In this document: one piece after another, positions 25,801 to 32,014 of the stretch | Position numbering within the stretch: position 1 is the first letter of the stretch | How the letters are laid out: each line of letters starts with the position of its first letter | DNA from: a virus | Lineage: Duplodnaviria > Caudoviricetes | Reading direction: 5' to 3' (one strand) | Length of the DNA stretch: 32,014 nucleotides | Virus record (IMG/VR): IMGVR_UViG_3300005805_000286 | Coordinates: 1 to 32,014 of that record | Notes under the pieces: generated by a model | Seen by the model: the letters and a program-made list of their open reading frames with translations, nothing else | Told to the model about the DNA's origin: nothing | Database searches by the model: none | Position numbers and translations under genes: made by a program

Positions 25801-26202
25801 TCCTTGACCAGCTCTAAAAGTAATATCGCCATTAACAGTTAGATCTCCACCAATTAAAGCATTTTTGTGGATGGTTACAAGTTCTGATCCATTTATAGTA
25901 TCCACACTAATATATGGATTTGCTCCCTCTGTTATTAAAAGAGCATTAAGAACATTATCTCTTATAAAAACATCAGTTGCTGCATCTTGAAGATAGATGT
26001 CACCACCTTGAATTGTTAGATCTCCTGTTAGTGTTGCATTAACTAACTGTTGAGATCCACTAACAATATCATTAATTGCTTGTGTCAGTACCTTTGATGT
26101 GGTCGTAAGAGAACTAGCATCTCCAACATCGCTGGATAGATTATTAATTTCTTGACGTTGCTGTTCAAACGTATACGTTTTTAATACTTCTCTAACCGCC
26201 AT
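19894..26202 (-). CDS. Giant (2102 aa) mosaic fibre protein with a pectin-lyase-like beta-helix region
   Basis: N-terminal TFEQQRQEINNL helix; shaft motifs (VAGNVTTINSTTVTVDDKNLELG, VPKGTTAQRP...VRFNTT); VIYVSKNGSD...AFKTIKKA...TIKVASGDYFE...GDNLR (beta-helix cap) and SPYIQNCS; C-terminal DTFS...TAKYLLQI...HDG...EYG domain. Confidence 0.7.
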   Translation of the reverse strand: MAVREVLKTYTFEQQRQEINNLSSDVGDASSLTTTSKVLTQAINDIVSGSQQLVNATLTGDLTIQGGDIYLQDAATDVFIRDNVLNALLITEGANPYISVDTINGSELVTIHKNALIGGDLTVNGDITFRAGQGSAGSITLGDGNTDNIVFGADVNSSIVPNTNNLYNLGSSSQIWSSIFLSTISGGTNADITIDPNGTGDFIFKGGVGQNFIINDGTVEKFRIESETGSVFFSGPINVPGGIALQDNTANAFTITEGTNSYFTIDTVDNAEKVTVHKNLDVLGDLYVAGNVTTINSTTVTVDDKNLELGSVATPTDITADGGGITLKAAQDKTIKWLQSTNSWEFNVPTRIEDGLKISQNAITNTNSTASDITITPGTDRVVILDTRSGFVVPKGTTAQRPTTPIATDGLVRFNTTTNELESFIGNEYVSITDQFRFGITSPSSSLGNNGDFYYDKVRQEFYGPKEGGSWPAPVCLKEDKLDNVIYVSKNGSDTLYDGSTPAKAFKTIKKAAEAARATTGNTTIKVASGDYFEDNPIYLPKGTTLIGDNLRETLIRPLNHGIDMFWVTSGCYIAQLVMRDNYGDSSNPADALRGLGTLNAGVNPYISSTTSTFNLFPGHSLKDISGIYKDGANILQYRRTNLITYAYAQLVAGYPSLVIPPTNFTGTLTLGSPVVTGVSSTEGLEVSDVVTGTNITPGTTILSIDSASQITLSAPAIAGESAATLSVPGDGKCKRDLGLILDAVIHDLKVGGNVKSILAGESYRDANGNLQYITTEFIETKYAIDQLRLAARQDVADASIIAEPGFTTQFPAVTVGDCTNVQTNIDNLFGIIVSILDGADSPQFNPGPGYLLVDQEWMRVDDITNNVVTVSTNGRGVPNPVTGASSVAAEHPNGAVVTQGGRIFRYAVSYPDQGGIKGSGRITLQSSTSVVQGTNTKFFSQVFAGGSIKVGNTSYVILSVQSDTQLTLATVPSSSISLTIYKFIPPKERIFLSPYIQNCSVISVLGETSYNANTKAYDATKTRAGGLLIDGANLLSDTPLKSMVADAFTQVVFNSVGFHLKNDAYSQLVSVFEIFEDVGVLCESGGYASVTNSATNFGNEGLKAIGFSPVALPFYANGRVAGITNITKTSFATTASAIIGTSFSSVLSGAKTRVTVRVSANDISKFERGQIISITGHTATPNINGTGIEIETVKFSDNYFTFILNTAFLPQYAPPYAGGTSGNVVITSGSTYTKVTAINFQKAPLANQIVKIDQLAPTPDGEYIVDEVFVFSPPDQGNTCEFSLVQKVPNADIGLVPNNAACELRTPSSVNSSGHTFEYVGSGTNYMALPTNGGRAITSKQSVEINSGKCYVSATDQDGNFTVGPNFNVDLRTGKATFTGAVAIGILDSLQLKGSPGTPIFAFSTNTDLGGSAGRSDTVLPTQKAVRDFIVDKVGNFFDLDVGTVSQPGVVVQLDGTGKINRDQIPPQEPFNVYVVDTDAERLVDAIPTLSKTVVSHTIGSNVITINNLVGVAVGYAVTGTNVPPNGLVDAKIVSFDTQNNTITLDVPGANFTSQISGTITIKNATPLKVGDFVVQTNTSNPPSRSYILANLPATVNNNWQVISSEQVDASQIVSGIVSPSRLGTRISNENTFLSGLSKYVPLPRGVRAVPNSISGTSIVTLGSDGPISVKRTGSSVNISSAFYTSGGSPTFTFNTSTNHGLVNGNYVEVDGVSPGSYNGYYQVTVIDGDTFTVPAAVNPGVYVTGGTVTQGEPYRTGFLDLDVNVAKFASGQSAGSSEYGVASFDYSTFEMLSSTGYSVTLRDKGVALSKIENIGPRSILGNTFYTEQNVAEVPLRGFAAEIFEYETTPNVSGLWEIQELVTNRTLGERPQLQMVVGQSIKFIMKAQNAGHPMFITTIPGQTGTLANPPASIYNIGITKFVSSVQSNGSGVEVGELVVTVTQDTPSVLYYQDGSDPNNYGVINITNFRGYTVNVSQTFSTIAPVVIDTFSAKDIYTAKYLLQIHNKYIGPTNVQNQETKYLHSTELMIVHDGVDVMISEYGTLWTKNLGEFTATLSNNIVSVTYTPTPVNGVPAGNPGGFWSGVTDVISNTIRLSRDFLT

Positions 26203-26407
26203 GTCTTATTAATTCTCTTAGAAGATTTTTTATGTCTGACAATTCATGCTTTAAGCTTTCAAGATCTGTCTGTAATTGTTTGACGGAACAATTACTACTA
26301 CGAATCCTTTTTATATCTTCAAATGTACTTTTATCAGTATTTATAACCGCTCCAGTCGAGTTATCTCTAACTAGATTGTCATGCTCTATAATTTTTGAAT
26401 AATCCAT
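26192..26407 (-). CDS. Small conserved T4-like phage protein (71 aa) with a C-terminal coiled coil
   Basis: HDNLVRDNSTGAVINTD followed by LESLKHELSDIKNLLREL; TGATAATG junction with the upstream gene and an 11-nt overlap with the downstream gene. Confidence 0.75.
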   Translation of the reverse strand: MDYSKIIEHDNLVRDNSTGAVINTDKSTFEDIKRIRSSNCSVKQLQTDLESLKHELSDIKNLLRELIRHGG

Positions 26408-26409
26408 TA

Positions 26410-29400
26410 TCAGAAAGAAGCAACAATACGAACATCTTGAATCTTAGGAACAAATACTGGATTTGAAGATCTCATCACAATTTTCACAGCAAACGAAGTA
26501 AATTCTTGTAAATTATTTACAGAATACTTATATTCTTTATATGCTTTTTGATTTTCAATGTAACCAGCAATAAGATTATCAGTAGATGGAATTACTTCTA
26601 CATCTGGTTTACCAGTGCCATTAAATAATTCCCATGATAAATCATCAAAATTATATTGTGATGTAGCATAATTCACACGATATAATACTTGAACATCATC
26701 TACTTCAAACATATTGGCAGTTAATCTTACATCAATTGATGTAGCAGCAGTTTCTAAAGTTATTTCTTTGGTAAGATATTTTGCTAAAGAAGAACTATTA
26801 TTATTAGTTTCTGGTACAAATAGTACTCCATCTGCATAAGATACGCTCTTTACTTCTAAGAACGACTTAGTATCAGTAGACTGATTTTCATAACCAACTA
26901 AATCACCAACCCTAAAAATATCTTTTCCTTGAGAACCTGTGCTACTAGCAATAGAAATGCGAGCATAATCAGAACCTACAGAAGCTGCGGCAGTATAGTT
27001 ATCATTAATTGGTTGTTTATTGCAAGCAACTCTCAAAATTTTTCTCTTAGAATCCCAAGAAATCACTTTACCATTAATTAAATTATCGTAAGATTTTGTA
27101 GTGTCTGTTTTGTCTACAGATGTCACAGTTGAATTTGCTTGAATATTAAATGTTACATCGGTTAATCCAGTCGAAGCAATAGTTAATCCAGTTAATGATG
27201 GTTGCGAAGCAAAAGTTAATGATTCACTAGGAGTAAATAATGTATCAGTTAACATTTTTACATAAAGTTCAGCAGTTGTAGAATCAAACTTAACGATAGC
27301 AGCTTGTGCTTGAGATGTATTACCAGAAATTAATTTGACATTTGCAGCATCGCCAGCATTAATATTATTAACATTTGTTCCATTAACTGTAAATTTATAA
27401 ACAGGATAGAACTGAAGCAATTGATCTCTTCTACCATATCTATCTTCTTTACCCCCACATTTTTCAACTTCATTATTGACTAAAATTACGTTTGCGGATC
27501 TCAAATCAATAACTGGTGAAAGATATGATTTTGTGGAAGATAAAGATAGTTTATATTGTAAAGAATTTTTAGAAGATGATGTTAGATTTTTTAATTCATT
27601 AATACGAGAACAAACTACTTTTTGGTTGTTGAAGAAATGTTCCTCATTCAAGAAAGTTTTTTCATAATCACTTTGACTATAAGATTCATAATTAATCACA
27701 TCAACATCAACTGGTAAAATATTAGTAGTTTTTACTTCAGCATTTATTTTTGTTTCTGCGAAATTTAAGAATTCTAATTGAGCAAAAAGTTTTTCATATT
27801 TTTTATTGTAAGAAGCAAGAACTTTAGATCCTCCTCCAAATGCGTTTGATGATGCTAATGTACTTGCGACAATATTGTAAAAATTAGTTCCTGTATTTTT
27901 AACTTGGTATAATACGTTATTGATTTGTGAACTATCAAAACCACCAAAACTATTTGAGTTTTTAAAACTTACATATGATTTACCAGTATCTTCAAAACCA
28001 TTAATTCTATGATTTACTTTAATAATTTTATTATTATTTTTATAGAGAGAAGATGTAGCAGTAGTATCAGATAATGAGTCTGTTTCAAATGGATTGGCAT
28101 CCAACATTTCATATCCTAATGTTTTGTTTGATAGTTCTACAATACCATCTCTAGAAATATCAAACTCTGCGCGATATAGAGTAAACTTAATATCTTCTAG
28201 TAAATCTTCTGTCCAAGTGTCTACGTTTTGTGACTTAAATACAGATCCTAATAAAGGAGTAGCAGTAACCACTGAATTAGAAGCAATCTCTACTTCTCCA
28301 AGTTTAGATGCCCATAGAGAATAATCAGTAGAATCGGATTCAATTACTAAAGCATATTCAGTTTCATTTTGCAAGTATACTGGATATTCAAAAGTAAATT
28401 TAGTTGGAGTTGTTGAATTCAAAACAGTTCCACTGGTGGGATCTGTAGCAACACCCATTCTTACTGCTGGAGTATCTATTTCAATATATGATTGGATAGA
28501 GGCAGCAGCAGCAGAAGTTCCAGAACCATTAATAATAATTGATGGAGGATCGGTATAACCACTTCCAGCAACCAATATATCTGCGGCAAAAATATTACCA
28601 GATGATACAGAACAAACTGCTCTTGCTTGAACTCCTCCAGGCAATTGAGGACTTTCTACAGTAATTGTAGCTCCATCATATCCCGATCCAAGATTATTGA
28701 CTTTTAGTTCAGTTAATCTACCTGAATTTCTTGCAATGGTAGCACGAAGATTTGTATTTTGTGCAGCATTATAAGTAGTTAAAGATGGGAATCTTAATTC
28801 TTCATTTGCAACAAATGATTTTCCATTATGATTACTTAATACTATAGTATACACTTGATCATTAGTTAATGTATATGATCCAGTAGTTGAAGGAATCAAA
28901 ACTATATTATTCCTATCATATATTTCTTTAATTGGTCCAACAGCTCCAGAAGTAACTCCAGTACAATTTTCTCCTTGTATTACATTTAATGTACCATTAG
29001 TGTATACTCTAATATAAGTATCTGGATTTAATACTGACTCGCTTCCTGGTACAACATATTTTCCTGGTTTTCCACTTTCTATATTCGTTAGATAAACTTT
29101 AATTGGAATAGTAGAACTCTTTGTATTAAAGAAAAGATCGACTCCAGTTAAAAATAATCCACCAGGAAACTTCTCAATTTTGAATGATTGTGATAATGGA
29201 TTTGGTTTGACTTGTGCTCTGGTGCTTTCAACATATTGAATACCCTCTTGAGATTTCAAAATCGCAGGAGTTGTAGAAATAATGGAAGAAGGTTGTTCTG
29301 GCAATGATCCAGTAACATAATAATTAATTTCAGTGTAAGAATCCACACTACTATCAATTAATCCCTCTTGACTTGAAGTAAATTTAATATTTTTAATTCC

Positions 29401-32013
29401 TGTGGTAAAAAATACCGAAACAGTTTCATCATATTGTACATCTTGAATATTTCCAGTCCATGCTGATCCTGTTTGGGGAGCATAACCAGATGGAATTAAA
29501 ATCATTCCACTAGCATTACCATTTGCATCAGTAACGATGCCACTATTAAATGTGCTTAGTGAGTTACCAGGAACTCCAGTATATCTAAAATCTTGAATAA
29601 CCCAACGATCAATAGATTGCTTATCCATAAACGAATATAACTTCGTAAATGGTTTCATTCTAGTTAGTGTGAAAAATACTGGTACTGATCTACAGAATTG
29701 CTGTAAAGCATTAGATACTGTATTAGATCCTACTGATTTAGAAGGAACATTTTGTGCTAATTGATTATTTTGTGGACTAATATTAGAAATACTAGAAGTT
29801 GACGCATTTGTGGTTGAGGTAGTAGCAATAGTACTTGATACATTACTTAAAGAAGTTGTGTTATAAAATACTCTATTTGTTCCTATCCAATTAACAATGA
29901 AATTATTATGTAAACTAGCGTATGCTTCTCTCGAATCGCTTTTAGCATAGAATGCAGTAAATACTTTGCTATCATTATCTAGCACTAATGGTTTTTGCTT
30001 TTGATCAAACCATTTGTCTAAATTTGGTGTTAAACGTGCATCTCCAACATATTGAAGAACAACAAAAGGATTTACAGATAATTTTTTAGTAGCAAATGGA
30101 TTTTTTGCAAAAACTAGATCAGTGTAAGGTAAAGTAATAATTTGATTTGTTCTTCTATAATTATTTAAACTTCTTTGATCATCATTAACACTTACTTCTG
30201 TTAGTCTAAGCGAAGCTTCATTTGATAGTGGTCTTACTGAAGATTGTTGAGTATCTACAGAACACCTATAATCAAGAGATCTAACATTACCAACTCCATG
30301 ATTTTCAAAATTATCTACTACAAAACCACTCTTAAATCTATCTAAACCAACTTCATCTTTGATTTGCATATTCAAAGCTTGTTGTTCTAATACGCTAAGC
30401 AACGTATAGTTCTCTAATCTTTCTACACGTTTTTCTAATTTAGCAATATCTCGCATAGTATAACGTTTGTTATCAACGACTATAATTTTTACATCTTCTG
30501 CTTTTGCGGTATATGCAGGAATGTAAAAATAATATAGAGGGATTGCATCATCAACATCTGCTGGTTTTGTTGGATTCAAAGAAGAATTGCCTTCCTTTAT
30601 AATAAACGTTCCTTTCTTATCTAAGAAAATACCATCAATTCTATCTAAAAATTGTGATGCGGAATATGAAATAGTGTAAGATAAATTAGAATCTGCAGCT
30701 GGAGAATTTGATACTACTCCAGACGACTTTGTAAAACTATTAAAATCAGTAACTGATAAAATAGAAGTATCTTGATAACCACTAATTATAGCAGTTGAAT
30801 CTACTTTTGGTCTAAAATCAAATACATCTCTAAGAGAAATTTTTCCTAAAACAGCAGAATTAAAATTAGGTATATCAGAAATAGAAACACCAGACTCATG
30901 CACATAAGAATCTACGGTACAAAAATCCCCCTGAGAATGTTCAAAGTAATCAAAAGCAACAATTAACTGTCCTGTAGGAGTTTCGTATCCAGGTTTTAAA
31001 ACTAAACGAGAAACATCATAAAAAGTATCTCGCTGACCATCATCAAATGTGAATTTATCAGTAACATCTGTACCAGTTACTAGTTCTCCAGTTGAAGAAA
31101 CTACAGGAGGTGTTTGCGAGGTTCCTTCGTAAATATATCTAATTTTTGTAACATCAGAATATGATATAACTTCATCACTACTTGAATCAACATCAATTCC
31201 TCTTAATGGAATAACTTTATCTCCTGGTGTTATAATTAACACTCTCTTGTTTTCATAGAAAGTTTTTAATCTTGGTCTTGCTTTTAAAACTTCTACAGTT
31301 GCCGTTAATTTCAATACAGGGAAGTTTGAAGTTGTTCCAAAGAAACTACTCGGCAAATTAATAATGACACTACCAGCAGTAACCCCGCCAGTTTCAGAAA
31401 TTATCGAATTTTGTATAGTAACTTGACTATCTTTTAGAAAAATAATATCACCATTTGATACGGTAGTTGAAGATTTTTTATCTAATACTGTTAGAATAAA
31501 ATTTTCTTTTGAGAATGGAGCAAAACGTTGAGTTCCATAAGGAAGTTGAGCAGCAAATGTAATATTACCTCCGCTTGTAGAAGCAATAGTCACAAAATCT
31601 CTTCTAAAGAAATAAGAAATTTCAGAATTTTCTGGATCCTGTACAATTTTACTTAAATACTTTGCTGATGTTGGAATAAGTAGAGTAGATTTTGCTGCAT
31701 TCCCAATATTTGGTCTTACTCTAATTACGCTAGTATTTGCAACATTGTTTTGTAAAACATTATCAAAATAAATTCTAGCTTTGACCAAACCCTCTGGTAA
31801 ATCTATTCTTTGTACAATTACACGAATGACATTATTGGCGGTGTCGGTAAATTGTAGCAAATCTCCAGGAACTAATTCAGTTGCAGGATTTCCAGAGAAT
31901 CCATTACACTCAATATACTTAGATCCTTTAGATCCAGAAAAAGTAAAATCTGTCAATACTTTAGTATTTAAAAATGAAGAATCAAAAGTTTCTACGTCAC
32001 ATGTAAATGTATA
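26410..32013 (-). CDS. VrlC-like / DUF4815 large virion structural protein, C-terminal part (5' end outside the window)
   Basis: Frame stays open past the TTG at 31956 to the window edge (YTFTCDVETFDSSFLNTKV). Motifs FDDGQRDTFYD, DFRPKV, NKRYTMRDIAKLEKRVERLENYT.LS.LEQ, DRFKSGFVVDNF, PLSQSF...GLFLTGVDLFF, GSVFKSQN..TW...EDIKFTLYRAEF and terminal FAVKIVM...PKIQDVRIVA. Confidence 0.8.
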   Translation of the reverse strand, partial: YTFTCDVETFDSSFLNTKVLTDFTFSGSKGSKYIECNGFSGNPATELVPGDLLQFTDTANNVIRVIVQRIDLPEGLVKARIYFDNVLQNNVANTSVIRVRPNIGNAAKSTLLIPTSAKYLSKIVQDPENSEISYFFRRDFVTIASTSGGNITFAAQLPYGTQRFAPFSKENFILTVLDKKSSTTVSNGDIIFLKDSQVTIQNSIISETGGVTAGSVIINLPSSFFGTTSNFPVLKLTATVEVLKARPRLKTFYENKRVLIITPGDKVIPLRGIDVDSSSDEVISYSDVTKIRYIYEGTSQTPPVVSSTGELVTGTDVTDKFTFDDGQRDTFYDVSRLVLKPGYETPTGQLIVAFDYFEHSQGDFCTVDSYVHESGVSISDIPNFNSAVLGKISLRDVFDFRPKVDSTAIISGYQDTSILSVTDFNSFTKSSGVVSNSPAADSNLSYTISYSASQFLDRIDGIFLDKKGTFIIKEGNSSLNPTKPADVDDAIPLYYFYIPAYTAKAEDVKIIVVDNKRYTMRDIAKLEKRVERLENYTLLSVLEQQALNMQIKDEVGLDRFKSGFVVDNFENHGVGNVRSLDYRCSVDTQQSSVRPLSNEASLRLTEVSVNDDQRSLNNYRRTNQIITLPYTDLVFAKNPFATKKLSVNPFVVLQYVGDARLTPNLDKWFDQKQKPLVLDNDSKVFTAFYAKSDSREAYASLHNNFIVNWIGTNRVFYNTTSLSNVSSTIATTSTTNASTSSISNISPQNNQLAQNVPSKSVGSNTVSNALQQFCRSVPVFFTLTRMKPFTKLYSFMDKQSIDRWVIQDFRYTGVPGNSLSTFNSGIVTDANGNASGMILIPSGYAPQTGSAWTGNIQDVQYDETVSVFFTTGIKNIKFTSSQEGLIDSSVDSYTEINYYVTGSLPEQPSSIISTTPAILKSQEGIQYVESTRAQVKPNPLSQSFKIEKFPGGLFLTGVDLFFNTKSSTIPIKVYLTNIESGKPGKYVVPGSESVLNPDTYIRVYTNGTLNVIQGENCTGVTSGAVGPIKEIYDRNNIVLIPSTTGSYTLTNDQVYTIVLSNHNGKSFVANEELRFPSLTTYNAAQNTNLRATIARNSGRLTELKVNNLGSGYDGATITVESPQLPGGVQARAVCSVSSGNIFAADILVAGSGYTDPPSIIINGSGTSAAAASIQSYIEIDTPAVRMGVATDPTSGTVLNSTTPTKFTFEYPVYLQNETEYALVIESDSTDYSLWASKLGEVEIASNSVVTATPLLGSVFKSQNVDTWTEDLLEDIKFTLYRAEFDISRDGIVELSNKTLGYEMLDANPFETDSLSDTTATSSLYKNNNKIIKVNHRINGFEDTGKSYVSFKNSNSFGGFDSSQINNVLYQVKNTGTNFYNIVASTLASSNAFGGGSKVLASYNKKYEKLFAQLEFLNFAETKINAEVKTTNILPVDVDVINYESYSQSDYEKTFLNEEHFFNNQKVVCSRINELKNLTSSSKNSLQYKLSLSSTKSYLSPVIDLRSANVILVNNEVEKCGGKEDRYGRRDQLLQFYPVYKFTVNGTNVNNINAGDAANVKLISGNTSQAQAAIVKFDSTTAELYVKMLTDTLFTPSESLTFASQPSLTGLTIASTGLTDVTFNIQANSTVTSVDKTDTTKSYDNLINGKVISWDSKRKILRVACNKQPINDNYTAAASVGSDYARISIASSTGSQGKDIFRVGDLVGYENQSTDTKSFLEVKSVSYADGVLFVPETNNNSSSLAKYLTKEITLETAATSIDVRLTANMFEVDDVQVLYRVNYATSQYNFDDLSWELFNGTGKPDVEVIPSTDNLIAGYIENQKAYKEYKYSVNNLQEFTSFAVKIVMRSSNPVFVPKIQDVRIVASF

Positions 32014-32014
32014 T

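Noticed and set aside
25900-26202. Naming the 2102-aa gene wac (fibritin)
   Set aside because: Position and the short N-terminal helix are suggestive, but there is no long segmented coiled coil or foldon motif.
484-28324. Short ORFs from the track lying inside long genes (484, 1230, 2538, 7216, 9027, 10135, 12672, 13116, 14580, 15096, 16362, 19925, 21535, 22110, 24905, 27476, 28094)
   Set aside because: They are antisense or out-of-frame shadows of well-supported genes, mostly with non-ATG starts and no recognisable motifs; codon bias in Thr/Gly/Val-rich genes leaves antisense frames open.
31954-31956. TTG start of the 1848-aa ORF
   Set aside because: The frame is open to the window edge, so the gene starts outside the window.
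1-32014. Stop-codon reassignment, introns/inteins, tRNAs
   Set aside because: TAA, TGA and TAG all end genes and multi-kb ORFs are intact in the standard code; intergenic gaps are about 100 nt or less; no intein or homing-endonuclease motifs were recognised by eye.

Overview
A near-fully coding, AT-rich segment of a T4-like myovirus structural module; gene content and ATAAATA late promoters resemble cyanomyoviruses (Kyanoviridae-like), but the host cannot be fixed from this window. In transcription order on the - strand: a 5'-truncated VrlC/DUF4815-like giant virion protein, a 71-aa coiled-coil protein, a 2102-aa mosaic fibre, a 62-aa coiled-coil protein, a run of fibre/adaptor genes (89, 110, 744, 124, 299 and 2615 aa), then gp13, gp14 and the start of gp15. 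Between the 62-aa and 89-aa genes lies a 5.3-kb three-gene fibre-like cassette on the + strand, with its own late promoter and a bidirectional terminator. No tRNA, CRISPR array, integrase, recombinase or intron is visible. The main leads are a possible daisy-chain fibre assembly system built from short terminal docking peptides and small adaptor proteins, the oppositely oriented cassette, a domain toolkit shared between the giant proteins, and tiny in-frame ORFs ahead of gp13 and the 62-aa gene. Family assignments come from motif recognition, not database searches.
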